Shown: positions 9,290 through 20,476, numbered from the stretch's first letter. The stretch is 64,000 nucleotides of DNA from an uncultured Saprospiraceae bacterium (GCA_964522505.1 CAZFWJ010000011.1:4851-68850), one strand, 5' to 3'. Program-made: numbers and translations. The notes: a model not told the origin generated them from the sequence alone.

Positions 9290-10906
9290 ATGAAATCTTA
9301 CGGATACAAAAACCCGAATGTCGACATCGCAACGCTAGGATTAAGCGATACGTCGATCTATTGGAACCTATCCCCTGCCGCATTGATAGAGCATACTATT
9401 TCTTCGGGACAAGGTGAGCTCGCCTCATCAGGAGCACTTAAAGTGAATACCGGCCAATTCACTGGTCGCTCACCTAAAGATCGCTATATCGTGGAGGACA
9501 AAATTACCTCCAAAACTGTTGATTGGGGGACGGTCAATCAACCAATCACCACTGCTCAGTACAACAAGCTTTATAAACGAGTAATCGATCATCTGAATAA
9601 AAGAGATCAGGTCTATGCTCGAGATGCTTATGCCTGTGCAAGCCTCAACTATAGACTAAACGTCCGGGTATACTCTGAACAGCCGTGGCAAAGTTTATTC
9701 GTCCATAACATGTTTTTGAGACCAACAAAAAAGGAGGTTTCCTCCATTGACCCTGACTGGCAGATATTTGTGGCCAGTGGTCTCGAGGTCGACCATAAAG
9801 AAATGGGACTACGTCAGAAGAACTTTGCCATCATCAACTTTACTGAGAAAAAAATAATCATAGGCGGCACGGCCTATACGGGAGAAATTAAGAAAGGTAT
9901 CTTCTCCGTCCTCAACTTCTTATTGCCAACTGAGCATGAAGTTCTATCGATGCATTGCTCCGCTAATGTGGGGAAGAAAGGAGATACTGCCCTATTCTTT
10001 GGACTATCTGGTACTGGTAAGACTACACTATCCACAGACTCTGAAAGAAAGCTTATCGGCGACGATGAACACGGATGGGCTTCCTCAAGCGTATTCAATT
10101 TTGAGGGAGGTTGCTATGCAAAAACGATTAATCTCTCCGAATCTAAAGAGCCTCAGATCTATAAAGCAATCAAGTTTGGGGCTATGTTAGAAAATGTTGG
10201 ATTTCATGACCGAGCCAATAGGCTCGTTGACTATGCGGATGCCTCTATCACACAAAACACTCGGGTCAGCTATCCAATCTATCACATCGACAATATCGTA
10301 TACAACTCTCGTGGAGAAATTCCGGAGAATGTTTTCTTCTTGACTTGTGATGCATTTGGCGTGCTACCTCCAATATCTAAACTGTCTACACCTCAAGCGA
10401 TGTATCACTTCCTATCTGGTTATACAGCCAAGATAGCTGGTACAGAGGCAGGTATCAATGAACCAGAAGCTACGTTTTCTGCGTGCTTCGGCCTACCCTT
10501 CTTACCGCTTAAGCCTACTGTATATGCAGAATTGCTTGGCAAGAAAATTGAAAATGGTCAAAAGCGGATTAATAAAAAAATTAATGTTTGGCTAGTAAAC
10601 ACGGGATGGACTGGGGGACCATTTGGTCAAGGATCCAGAATGGAACTGTCCTATACCCGAGCTATGATTAGAGCTGCCTTATCAGGCGCATTGGACGAAG
10701 TGGCCTATGAGACGGAACCATTCTTTGGTTTGGCGGTTCCAAAATGCTGTCCAGACGTACCCAATGCTCTCCTCTTCCCGAGAGATACTTGGCCTAATGA
10801 AGAAGAGTATGACGCCCAGGCGAAGAAACTTGTGGACTTATTCAAAGACAATTTTATGAAGTATGAATCCTATGCCTCTACCGAGATCCTCGAAGTAATG
10901 AGTTAA
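9290..10906 (+). CDS. pckA: Phosphoenolpyruvate carboxykinase (ATP)
   Basis: 538-aa ORF. Kinase P-loop FFGLSGTGKTTLS, then IGDDEHGW and NTGWTGG motifs characteristic of ATP-dependent PEPCK. Confidence 0.95.
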   Translation: MKSYGYKNPNVDIATLGLSDTSIYWNLSPAALIEHTISSGQGELASSGALKVNTGQFTGRSPKDRYIVEDKITSKTVDWGTVNQPITTAQYNKLYKRVIDHLNKRDQVYARDAYACASLNYRLNVRVYSEQPWQSLFVHNMFLRPTKKEVSSIDPDWQIFVASGLEVDHKEMGLRQKNFAIINFTEKKIIIGGTAYTGEIKKGIFSVLNFLLPTEHEVLSMHCSANVGKKGDTALFFGLSGTGKTTLSTDSERKLIGDDEHGWASSSVFNFEGGCYAKTINLSESKEPQIYKAIKFGAMLENVGFHDRANRLVDYADASITQNTRVSYPIYHIDNIVYNSRGEIPENVFFLTCDAFGVLPPISKLSTPQAMYHFLSGYTAKIAGTEAGINEPEATFSACFGLPFLPLKPTVYAELLGKKIENGQKRINKKINVWLVNTGWTGGPFGQGSRMELSYTRAMIRAALSGALDEVAYETEPFFGLAVPKCCPDVPNALLFPRDTWPNEEEYDAQAKKLVDLFKDNFMKYESYASTEILEVMS

Positions 10907-10935
10907 GGCGTGTCATAATCAGTCATGCCGAAAAC

Positions 10936-10981
10936 AATGATGGCTAAATGAATTAATCATTTAGTCATCATTCTTGTTTTA
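10936..10981 (+). terminator. Rho-independent terminator of pckA
   Basis: 16-bp stem 10936-10951 / 10957-10972 (one G:U), 5-nt loop ATTAA, then T-rich CTTGTTTT. Begins 30 nt after the pckA stop. Confidence 0.65.
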
Positions 10982-11243
10982 CGATAGTCTATACAGCACC
11001 GTACTGACACAGTTATTCTTGCGATACTTAATTTCTCAACTAATCATCAATAGAATTTCCTTTTAGTAAGCGATAATCAGCCTTAAGCTTCAAAACACCA
11101 CCTGCTTCCAAAGACTATCTATCTGTTAATCAGCCCTTTAAGCACGTTGATAAAAATTATACAAATTTGTTTAGTTTGATGTAACTTTTGAAGCCCTCCA
11201 CAAAAGTACTACCGAATAATATTTAAAAGTTTGAATTTAGTAG

Positions 11244-11552
11244 TATAAAGAAATCGGAGTTACAGAGTCACAGATTATCAAGGCGATTAAGGAGAATGAA
11301 TCAGGTCGCAGAGTTGAAGACATTAGTAAGGAGTTAGGAATAAACCCAGGCATTTTTTACAACTGGCGCAAGAAGTACTCAGGCATGGGCGTGTCTCATT
11401 TAAAGTGTTTAAAGGAGTTAGAGGCGGAGAACTCAAAGCTTAAGCGGATGTTCGCACAACAAGCATTACAGTTAGAGATGGCAAAAAGATGTGATCTCAA
11501 AAAAGTGGTAAAGCACTCTGCCAAGCGTAGTGCCTACAGATTAGCCCATTAA
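11244..11552 (+). mobile_element. IS3-family transposase OrfA remnant (no start codon, no OrfB)
   Basis: Open frame read by hand: ..GVTESQIIKAIKENESGRRVEDISKELGINPGIFYNWRKKYSGMGVSHLKCLKELEAENSKLKRMFAQQALQLEM.. This is the HTH plus leucine-zipper layout of IS3/IS2/IS407-group OrfA. The frame opens right after a TAG with no ATG. No DDE-transposase ORF follows. Confidence 0.7.
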
Positions 11553-11645
11553 CTCCTACTACTCAACTCAAATACAAGGTCCTGAATACACTAAGTCTGT
11601 TAGAATCCGTTGAGACTTAAGATATATGAACATCAATAAGTATAT

Positions 11646-13043
11646 ATGGAGACCCTCAGTGTATTCGACATATTCAAGATAGGAGTAGGTCCCTCGAGTT
11701 CTCATACCCTTGGGCCATGGCTTGCAGCCAAAGATTTTGTCCATGGTTTAGCCCCTATTGACATGATTACCATTCAGCTTTATGGGTCTCTATCTAAGAC
11801 TGGCGTTGGACATGCAACTGACAAGGCACTGATATTGGGCTTGATGGGTTATGATCCCAAATCTATCGATACGAGCCGTATTAATGGCATCATCCAGGCC
11901 GTAAAAGAAGCTAATTCACTAACCGTAAATGGAACCGTTGTAGCATTTGATATGGATTGTGATATCCAGTTCGAAGCGTACACCCACGAGCTACACCCTA
12001 ATACGGTAAGGCTCAGTGCGTTTAGCAATTCGATGCTGATTAAAGAAAAAATTTATGCCTCTGTCGGTGGCGGATTCATTGAGTCTCCTGACGACCAACT
12101 ACAATTACAAACCAACAATGAACTGCCCTACCCCATACAATCCGGCAACGAATTATTGGAATACACCAAAGAACACAATTGCAATATATCAGATATCGTC
12201 CTCAGTAATGAGCTCAGCATTCGATCACAAGAGGAGATTGACCTACGAATAGACGAGATTGAAGAAGCATTTCTAGATTGTATCTATGCTGGGTGTACTA
12301 CAGAGGGGATCTTGCCTGGTGGCCTGAATGTGGTGAGAAGAGCCTCTCGACTCTGTAAAAATTTGTTGAATGTCGATTCATTCGAAAGTCGCCAAGACTG
12401 GTTGCATCGAGTGAAAAAAGTCGACAAGACTTTTAATTGTGTAAACAAGTGGATCAGCTGTTTTGCGCTTGCTGTCAATGAAGAGAATGCCGACATGGGC
12501 CGTGTAGTCACCTCTCCCACTAACGGTGCTGCTGGCGTTGTACCTACGGTACTGATGTACTACTATCTCTTCTGTAAGTACACTGGAAAGGAATCGATTA
12601 GAAACTACCTGTTTACAGCTGGTGAAATCGGGTGTCTATTCAAAAAAGGAGCAACGATCTCTGCCGCAGTAGGAGGATGTCAAGCGGAGATTGGCGTATC
12701 CTCAGCGATGGCTGCAGGAGGACTGGCCGAAGTGCTCGGTGGCACTCCACAACAATGCCTCATGGCCGCTGAGATCGCCATGGAGCATCACCTTGGGCTA
12801 ACCTGCGATCCAGTTAATGGACTCGTACAGGTACCTTGCATTGAGCGAAATACCATGGGTGCCATGAAAGCCATTACTGCGGCAAATCTAGCCCTAGAGA
12901 GCGACCCCTGTAATAGCAAAGTGTCACTCGACACAGCCATCAAGACGATGTGGCAAACAGCCCTGGATATGAACTCTAAATACAAAGAAACATCGGAGGG
13001 AGGTCTAGCTATTAGTCTGCCGGTCATCAATCCGAACTGTTGA
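11646..13043 (+). CDS. sdaA: L-serine ammonia-lyase (iron-sulfur, single-chain)
   Basis: 465-aa ORF. N-terminal SVFDIFKIGVGPSSSHTLGP signature. Conserved Cys-containing C-terminal alpha domain. Confidence 0.92.
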   Translation: METLSVFDIFKIGVGPSSSHTLGPWLAAKDFVHGLAPIDMITIQLYGSLSKTGVGHATDKALILGLMGYDPKSIDTSRINGIIQAVKEANSLTVNGTVVAFDMDCDIQFEAYTHELHPNTVRLSAFSNSMLIKEKIYASVGGGFIESPDDQLQLQTNNELPYPIQSGNELLEYTKEHNCNISDIVLSNELSIRSQEEIDLRIDEIEEAFLDCIYAGCTTEGILPGGLNVVRRASRLCKNLLNVDSFESRQDWLHRVKKVDKTFNCVNKWISCFALAVNEENADMGRVVTSPTNGAAGVVPTVLMYYYLFCKYTGKESIRNYLFTAGEIGCLFKKGATISAAVGGCQAEIGVSSAMAAGGLAEVLGGTPQQCLMAAEIAMEHHLGLTCDPVNGLVQVPCIERNTMGAMKAITAANLALESDPCNSKVSLDTAIKTMWQTALDMNSKYKETSEGGLAISLPVINPNC

Positions 13044-13526
13044 TAGAAGTGTGTGAATTAGCTCCCTAACTTTACTGTATAAAGTGTCTAATCATTCCGA
13101 TACATCATCCTTCATAAAAAACAAGCTGTCGAGTATTAATTCTGTTACAGATCACATCAGATTGACTTCAATTTTCTCAAAGAATATAATAGTGGTTCAT
13201 CATAGGTAATGATGGTGGTTATAACCTGAATCCATTCACATATGAATCGACCATAGGCGTATTCAACACTCTTGATAACTCTTATACAGAGTTAGAAACG
13301 AATCTTAATAATCCTGACTCCAGACATACTATTTTTCAAATGAGCATCCTCAACGACAGAATGTATATAGTCTATGGCGAAAGTGGTCGTGTAGCCCATC
13401 AAACTATAAGCTGGGACGTTATGGTCAACTGATCTAAAAAACTAATACTCAAAAAAAACAAACTAAAAAATCAACAGCACAACACAGGGGTTCTCAGCAA
13501 CATGGAGTAGGAATCATCATCATGTT

Positions 13527-14699
13527 TTAAGTCTGGTCTGCCTCCTTATCCGCCAATTGTAAAAACACCAGTGAAAACAATGTGATCATGGCAATCATAT
13601 AAAACACTGTATCAAAATTGGAAGGATCGTTATCATAGACGAATGCAGAAAATAGCGCTCCTCCTCCAATAAAGAACTCTAAGAGTAAATATACTGTAGC
13701 CATCGCCGTACCTCGACGTGAATCGTCCGAGCGATCTATCACCCAGGCGAATATGGAGGGTGCCGCTACTCCAATAGAAAATCCCGTTGCTCCCGTTGCA
13801 ATCAGTATATCACTAGCAGAATCGGCAGTGCCTAGTATTACATAGGATATAGCAATCAATACAGTAGCAATACTTATGACTAACCTGCGCCCATAGCGAT
13901 CCGATACCTGACCAGCGACTAATCGCGATAATACCGAGCACAAAGTAAAGCTCGTAAAGAATAGGCCTTTATTATTCATGCCCAGGTAATCTGCTTGATC
14001 AGCTACTATGGTCAACAAGGCTCCCAGGCCAAAATATGTCAGTCCAGCAATAATGGCGGGAACTAGAGAAACAGGGTCGATGATCTCGCTGCGCTTTAGT
14101 CTGAAATGACTCCATTGCACTCGCTGTGGATTTGGCAGCGTCTCACGCATACGCATCACCAACATCACAGATATTAAGGCTGTGAATGAACTAGCATAAA
14201 ACATCGTCGTTAAAGAAAACTCATTAGCTATCCAACTCCCAATTGGAGGCGTCATGGATGATCCTACATTAATGCTCACTCCAATGATGCCCATAGCCTC
14301 TCCGCGCCGAGCCACTGGTGCTATATCTGCCACATATGCAGAGATCGCCGTAGGTGTAAATCCTGTCGAGAAACCATGCATTAATCTCAGCAACAAGAAC
14401 ATCGATACAGTGGATAACAGTGGATATAGACAGCTACAGATGATACACACTACAGCACCTACTGCAATTACTGGCATTCTGCCAATGTGATCTGCCAACT
14501 TACCGCTAATCGGCCTCGATAGTCCCGCTGTTAACGTGAACAGCGAAATAATGAACCCCTTATAGTCCTCGCCCCCCATTGCCGACAGGAAAGCAGGTAG
14601 CTCAGGTATAATCATATTGAAACTACCCCCAAACAGTGCGAAGCTGGTGCACAGCAGTATGAACTGTTTGGTATATAGCTTTTCGGCGGGCCTGTTCAT
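13527..14699 (-). CDS. MFS transporter
   Basis: 390-aa ORF with about 12 hydrophobic segments. MFS loop motif GKLADHIGRMP between TM2 and TM3, repeated as GQVSDRYGRR in the second half. Confidence 0.85.
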   Translation of the reverse strand: MNRPAEKLYTKQFILLCTSFALFGGSFNMIIPELPAFLSAMGGEDYKGFIISLFTLTAGLSRPISGKLADHIGRMPVIAVGAVVCIICSCLYPLLSTVSMFLLLRLMHGFSTGFTPTAISAYVADIAPVARRGEAMGIIGVSINVGSSMTPPIGSWIANEFSLTTMFYASSFTALISVMLVMRMRETLPNPQRVQWSHFRLKRSEIIDPVSLVPAIIAGLTYFGLGALLTIVADQADYLGMNNKGLFFTSFTLCSVLSRLVAGQVSDRYGRRLVISIATVLIAISYVILGTADSASDILIATGATGFSIGVAAPSIFAWVIDRSDDSRRGTAMATVYLLLEFFIGGGALFSAFVYDNDPSNFDTVFYMIAMITLFSLVFLQLADKEADQT

Positions 14700-14909
14700 G
14701 GTACTTTACTGATCGCCCCACAAAGGTCTCTTTTATTGATGAACAGACAACTTAAACTGAATTAAGCTTATATTACAAAGTAGCGATGCTCCAATATTTG
14801 AAGGATTGAATTGAACACATTTAACTCATTATGAGTTATTTTTAAGTTATTATAACTCAATCGAGATGATATCAAACCATTAATTAAAACCTGAATTTCG
14901 AGATAGCAT

Positions 14910-16022
14910 ATGATAGTTGGCGTACCAAAGGAAATTAAAAATAACGAAAACAGAGTAGCTATGACACCTGCTGGTGTACAGGCTATGAAACGATATGGGC
15001 ATGATATGATTGTGCAGAAAAGCGCTGGTGTAGGCAGCGGATTTAGTGATCAAGATTATGTCACAGCAGGAGCGGAAATCCGAGCTACAATCGCAGAAGT
15101 CTATGCTCAAGCAGAAATGATCATTAAGGTTAAGGAGCCTATTAAATCAGAATACGATCTGATCCGTGAAGGGCAGATACTTTACACCTATTTTCATTTT
15201 GCCTCACATCGTCCTTTACTGGATGCAATGATTAAGAGCAAGGCAATCTGCATCGCCTATGAGACGGTGGAGGACCCAGACGGCAGTCTACCGTTATTGA
15301 TTCCGATGTCCGAAGTGGCAGGCAGAATGTCTATTCAAGAAGGCGCAAAGTATCTTGAGAAACCTATGGGCGGCAAGGGTGTATTATTAGGTGGTGTGCC
15401 AGGTGTGCCTCCTAGTAATGTCATGGTGATCGGGGGCGGTATCGTAGGTACTCAAGCAGCTAAGATGGCAGCGGGACTAGGTGCCGATGTGGTGATCCTC
15501 GATATCAACTTGGATAGACTCAGATACTTAGAAGATGTCCTACCTCCAAACATCAGTACACTTTACTCCAATGAGTACAATATCCGCAAGTTGATAAAAA
15601 CGGCTGATCTAATCGTAGGAGCGGTGCTAATACCTGGAGCTAAAGCGCCAAAGCTAATCACTCGTGACATGCTTAAAGACATGGAGCCCGGAACAGTATT
15701 AATCGATGTTGCTGTCGACCAAGGCGGATGCATCGAAACCTGCAAGCCGACAACACATGCAGAACCAACCTATGTGATAGATGACATCGTGCACTATTGT
15801 GTAGCCAACATGCCAGGTGCCGTGCCATATACATCGACATATGCCCTCACTAATGCCACCCTAAGACAAGCCCTTAGTCTTGCCAATAAAGGGTGGAAGC
15901 AAGCTTGTAGCGCTGATCAATCTCTACGCAAAGGGCTCAATGTAATAGATGGCCAGATCGTCTACGAAGGCGTAGGAAAAGCGTTTGATCTACCAGTCGT
16001 GCCAGTAGAAAAGATGCTATAA
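14910..16022 (+). CDS. ald: Alanine dehydrogenase
   Basis: 370-aa ORF. MIVGVPKEIKNNENRVAMTP N-terminus and NAD-binding VIGGGIVGTQAA. Confidence 0.93.
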   Translation: MIVGVPKEIKNNENRVAMTPAGVQAMKRYGHDMIVQKSAGVGSGFSDQDYVTAGAEIRATIAEVYAQAEMIIKVKEPIKSEYDLIREGQILYTYFHFASHRPLLDAMIKSKAICIAYETVEDPDGSLPLLIPMSEVAGRMSIQEGAKYLEKPMGGKGVLLGGVPGVPPSNVMVIGGGIVGTQAAKMAAGLGADVVILDINLDRLRYLEDVLPPNISTLYSNEYNIRKLIKTADLIVGAVLIPGAKAPKLITRDMLKDMEPGTVLIDVAVDQGGCIETCKPTTHAEPTYVIDDIVHYCVANMPGAVPYTSTYALTNATLRQALSLANKGWKQACSADQSLRKGLNVIDGQIVYEGVGKAFDLPVVPVEKML

Positions 16023-16236
16023 ATCTCAGCGGCGATTGTTTGCAATGTTTTAGTCATTAAAACCGAAGACAGGGTTATCATGTAATTTTGGGCCTTCAAA
16101 GCACAAAGCTTTTACAGCATATGGAGCATTCAATCATCCCAGTAGAACACTTGGATATAGCTACTGATCTACGGCATCAGTGGTCAATCTATCATGGATG
16201 ACGAGATTAAAGGCATCCACACTATAGTGGACTCCT

Positions 16237-16635
16237 TTACAAGGATAAGGCGCCGAGCAACCCGCCCATCAATGCAAAAAACAAAATCAGATAACCGCCA
16301 TCGATTAGTATCAGCTTAAATGATTTCTTCTGATAGAGGTAATGGATGACCATTGCGGGAATCGCATAAAATACCGCAGTTAACATCCCATGAAAGCCTC
16401 CATGGACGAATGTTTGATCTTCTGGAGCATGGAGATTGACGATGATATTAATGCCGAATGCGATGACAACCATCATCAAGAAAGCCCCGCCGTGGGTAAT
16501 ACCCATTCCTGATTGAGCTTGCTCGTCGGTGACGCCAGTTTCTTTTTGCCAAGCCTTACCAAATAAGGCCGTATACCATAAAAATCCAAGAAGGAATGCA
16601 GCAACTGCCGCAATTAAAGGTTCTAAATATGCCAT
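16237..16635 (-). CDS. DUF1761-family membrane protein
   Basis: 132-aa ORF with 4 hydrophobic helices. GFLWYTALFGKAW motif as I remember it for DUF1761. Confidence 0.6.
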   Translation of the reverse strand: MAYLEPLIAAVAAFLLGFLWYTALFGKAWQKETGVTDEQAQSGMGITHGGAFLMMVVIAFGINIIVNLHAPEDQTFVHGGFHGMLTAVFYAIPAMVIHYLYQKKSFKLILIDGGYLILFFALMGGLLGALSL

Positions 16636-16807
16636 ATCATTAAGTTGAGCTAATTACGAGCTAAATAGTCTGCTTTAAGATAGCAATATTGATCCTATCA
16701 GGAGATCCATTATGTACAGTATCAGGCTATGCTCGAGTAAGTAAGTTAGCTGTCATCAAGATGCCATAGCACCATGTCTATCAAAGGATAATCATATTAT
16801 AGTCAGA

Positions 16808-19800
16808 TTATTCGGACTCGGTCTTACGTCTATTATCATCACTATTCCGATCGATGAGAATATTATAAGGGTCTATCCCGACTTCCTTGGGTTCGGCATC
16901 TACAGTAATAGTCCATCTGTTTTCTATCTCAGTAATTCTATGCTTGTTGATGTAGAGCACTTTTTCTTTCTCGGCGCCATCGATCTCCTCTGTTCCAAAT
17001 ATCCCTACATCTACATAGTCAGATAGTGGATAGGACTTGAGTGGTTTCTTCTTACCTTCTATAGCCAGACTATCTATTAGTCCAGACTCATCTTCAAACA
17101 CCTGTCGACCACGTTCATCTGTGCGATACTTGCGGACATGAGCAGTGATGTCTACGGTATACGTCCCATCACCATTATCCGTATAATGAGTATCCTCTAT
17201 CCTATTATCATAAAGCGTAATCGCCATAAAATTATCATCTATGAAATAGTCAAGAGAATCTGGTGTGGCTTCTTTAAGCATCCCAACTAACTCAAGCGCA
17301 TTGGTATACGGAGGCTCTTGAAATGCTACACTATCAATATAAGCACTGAAGACATTGCTTAGAGTTTGCTCACCTATTAAGTCAGACAACGCATAGAATA
17401 CTACAGATCCTTTATAATAATGTATGTAGGCTTGATTTTCGTTCAGAGCAAGTGGTAGCTCCTTAGAAGCCTCAAGACTCCGGTTTAGCAAATATGTATC
17501 CAAGGCGTCCTTAAGAAATATACGCTTCTTCTCGACACCATATCGATGCTCGAGCACCTTCAAAGATGAATACTCTGACAAGCTCTCAGACAGCATGGTA
17601 GCTCCTTTCACATTCGCACCAATGACTTGATGTGCCCACCATTGATGTGCTAACTCATGAGCGGTAATGGAATAGGAGTAGTCTACCCCGCCCTCATCAC
17701 TATCATCGACTTGTGCCATGAACCCAACATTCTCAGAGAATGGAATCGTCCCTGCAAATGACTGCGCAAATGAAGCACGAGGAAACTCCAGTATCCTCAC
17801 ATAGCTGTGTTGATATGGGCTATAGTGCTCAGTGAAGTAGTCCAATCCATCTTTAAGTCCTCGGAACATCCGATCCAAGTTATAGTCATGGCCTTTATGA
17901 TAATATATGACCAGATCAATGTCATTCCATTTGTCTCGAGCGACTTCATATCGCGCAGAAGAGATATTGAAGAAATTGAGCATTGGCCGTTCCATTTTAT
18001 AATGGAAGTAGTTTCGGCCGTCTTCTTGCCATTCCTTTTGCAGCACTCCAGGCGCTATGGCAGTTTGATCACCGGCCGTCCCGATCTGAATCTCAAAGTC
18101 CACCCAATCAGCACTATTAGAAATATAGGTGTTAGCATAAGCCGATGAGTCACTAATATCAGGCATACGCTCTTTTTCAGCTAGATCGTACTTGGTACGA
18201 GTCTTGTTGGTCACCAGCTCAAAACCATCCTGATATCCTATAGTCGGAAACATGCTACTATTCAAAAATGTACCATTCTTACGCACTCCAATCGTGCGCT
18301 TAAACGCATCGTCATCGTCATTATTGAGTGCAAAATTCAACCTCATTGTCCCCCCTGGTTGCAGCGGCTCGTTCAATTCAAATATCTTGATATTATTCAA
18401 GGAGTCATGAACAGCAAGAGAGGATTTACGATCTAAAGTCAGCTCTGTAATAAATGGTGCAAAATCGAGGTATAAAGTGTCAATAAGCTCCTCCGTTTTG
18501 TTTTTTAAGAGATAGTATCCTTCGGCCTTAATATTGTAGTCTTCAGGGTAGAGATCGGCAGTAATATTGATATCTATGATGCGAGGTTGTGCCAAAGTCG
18601 CATAGCGCTTATAAGCCTTCTCATAGTCGACTGTTTGTAATTCGCGCTCCTTAGATGAGTAGTAATCCTCTGCGATATTATTTTGATAATAAATGTAATA
18701 TCCCAAGCCAAGAAACAAGCCTACTGAGGCAATGAGACTCGCTACTTTGGGAATGGACCACGACGCTCCTTTAAAGGCGCTTAGAGCACCTCTCGACACT
18801 CCACGCCTCCAGAATACCCATGCTAAACCAGCAAAGACAAGACCACCCAATATCCAATAAAGTCTATAGATAAAATATCTTGTCTGCATATATCCATAAC
18901 CGTCTATGTCTGAGTACAGAATATTGGGTCCATCATTAAATTGATAGATAGATTGCTCCACGCCCAAAAATCCTAAAAACGACGTACCGATTCCGACTAT
19001 CAAGACAGCCACTAACCCTAGATAAAAATTAGGGATTATGCTAAATGCAAATAAGGCAAATAGAGTCCAGGGCATGAACTGTATCCAGCGTACCACCCAT
19101 GAATCATAGGCATAAAGACCAATCTCAAAATTATAGTAGCCCTGTGAAATCTGATAGATGATGCCCGCGATTATTGGAAGTGCTAACAAGACTCCTTGCA
19201 TCAGCGTGATACTCACAAACTTAGAAGTGAGGAAGCTAAGACTCTTAGTATTGGTCGTGTCTTCGAGTTGGTAGATATTATCAGTGGTGCGACGATTGAT
19301 GATCAGACCAGTATACACCATCGTCAGCAAGGTCACAAAGAGTCTGAAGGTAGCTGCAGGTATGCCGATAACTCGTGAAGTTGATGGCCATGTCGTAGTC
19401 TGCAATATCTCTGCACCAAATGCAAGCATCAGAATCAACATCATCAACCCCAGGATGCTAATGACCAAAAACGGTCCCCCTCTAAGGATATACTTCAAAT
19501 CTATCTTAGTTAGGCTGATGACGCTACTGAAGAATTGACCAATGCCAAAACTGCGTTTGACCTCTGGCAAATTCAGAGCTAAGGCCTGAGTGCTCTTATG
19601 AGCTGCACTCTTAAGCTCTGGTTTTTTCCAAAACTTCCATGACCATGATTTTGGCGCTGTATGAAACTCAAAGGCACGATAGCTCATCGCCAAAATGAAT
19701 GCCCCAATTGCTGTCCATAGGATACGGTTCCAGATTACATATCCCGTAAACGGAACCAAAGAAGTATTCTCTTCAGATATCGTCCAATACTTAGTGTAGT

Positions 19801-20464
19801 ACAAGCTTGAGGTCATACCAAATGGATCTGCCATAGCAGCATAAATCTGATTATCCAAGTCTGATAATCCACTCTCGATGATTCCCTGTAATATATAGAA
19901 GGCAATCATCACCACAAACCCTGCAACAATATTGCGACTGAAGGTCACTACAGCAAATATGACGGCGCTGAACAAAAATGTGCCTGGCAGGACGTAAATC
20001 GCATAAGTATGCAGATAAGGCAGTAAGCGGTGCGGGCCAACCATATCGGCATTAACACCCGGAACATTCATACCTATCATTATACCGGCTGCTATGAAGA
20101 CGGTTAGTATCAGACATACCGTTAACGCACTGAGATATTTCCCAAAAAAATAATCCCTCTTGGTAAATGGAAAAGAGTACATCACCTGATGTACATTATG
20201 TTTATAGTCTTTGAATATACTGGCCCCAGCAACATTGGGAAACAAAAGAAAAAGGATTACTGCCATCCCCATAATCAATCCTAATATCCCATTAGGTGAA
20301 TTGATATACCTCAGTGAAGTGACACTGGCAGTATTGCCATCAAATGCACCAGCGGAGGCAGCAGTCATCAAAGCTGAGAAGGCCATGACTAAGAGGGCAT
20401 AGACAAATATCGCTGGTCTATTAAACCAGCTATTCAGTTCAAAAGAATAGATCTTTCCAAGCAT
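16808..20464 (-). CDS. ABC-2-type permease fused to an M1-family zinc aminopeptidase domain
   Basis: 1218-aa ORF. The N-terminal ~600 aa are polytopic membrane. The C-terminal half carries HELAH (nt 17644-17658), a downstream Glu and a GAMEN-like PFSENVG. Confidence 0.85.
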   Translation of the reverse strand: MLGKIYSFELNSWFNRPAIFVYALLVMAFSALMTAASAGAFDGNTASVTSLRYINSPNGILGLIMGMAVILFLLFPNVAGASIFKDYKHNVHQVMYSFPFTKRDYFFGKYLSALTVCLILTVFIAAGIMIGMNVPGVNADMVGPHRLLPYLHTYAIYVLPGTFLFSAVIFAVVTFSRNIVAGFVVMIAFYILQGIIESGLSDLDNQIYAAMADPFGMTSSLYYTKYWTISEENTSLVPFTGYVIWNRILWTAIGAFILAMSYRAFEFHTAPKSWSWKFWKKPELKSAAHKSTQALALNLPEVKRSFGIGQFFSSVISLTKIDLKYILRGGPFLVISILGLMMLILMLAFGAEILQTTTWPSTSRVIGIPAATFRLFVTLLTMVYTGLIINRRTTDNIYQLEDTTNTKSLSFLTSKFVSITLMQGVLLALPIIAGIIYQISQGYYNFEIGLYAYDSWVVRWIQFMPWTLFALFAFSIIPNFYLGLVAVLIVGIGTSFLGFLGVEQSIYQFNDGPNILYSDIDGYGYMQTRYFIYRLYWILGGLVFAGLAWVFWRRGVSRGALSAFKGASWSIPKVASLIASVGLFLGLGYYIYYQNNIAEDYYSSKERELQTVDYEKAYKRYATLAQPRIIDINITADLYPEDYNIKAEGYYLLKNKTEELIDTLYLDFAPFITELTLDRKSSLAVHDSLNNIKIFELNEPLQPGGTMRLNFALNNDDDDAFKRTIGVRKNGTFLNSSMFPTIGYQDGFELVTNKTRTKYDLAEKERMPDISDSSAYANTYISNSADWVDFEIQIGTAGDQTAIAPGVLQKEWQEDGRNYFHYKMERPMLNFFNISSARYEVARDKWNDIDLVIYYHKGHDYNLDRMFRGLKDGLDYFTEHYSPYQHSYVRILEFPRASFAQSFAGTIPFSENVGFMAQVDDSDEGGVDYSYSITAHELAHQWWAHQVIGANVKGATMLSESLSEYSSLKVLEHRYGVEKKRIFLKDALDTYLLNRSLEASKELPLALNENQAYIHYYKGSVVFYALSDLIGEQTLSNVFSAYIDSVAFQEPPYTNALELVGMLKEATPDSLDYFIDDNFMAITLYDNRIEDTHYTDNGDGTYTVDITAHVRKYRTDERGRQVFEDESGLIDSLAIEGKKKPLKSYPLSDYVDVGIFGTEEIDGAEKEKVLYINKHRITEIENRWTITVDAEPKEVGIDPYNILIDRNSDDNRRKTESE

Positions 20465-20476
20465 ACTTCTTATGGT

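Noticed and set aside
13300-13435. 45-codon open frame (..ILNDRMYIVYGESGRVAHQTISWDVMVN*) in the 480-bp spacer between the convergent sdaA and MFS genes.
   Set aside because: It has no start context or recognisable family. It may be a gene remnant, but the sequence alone does not support a call.
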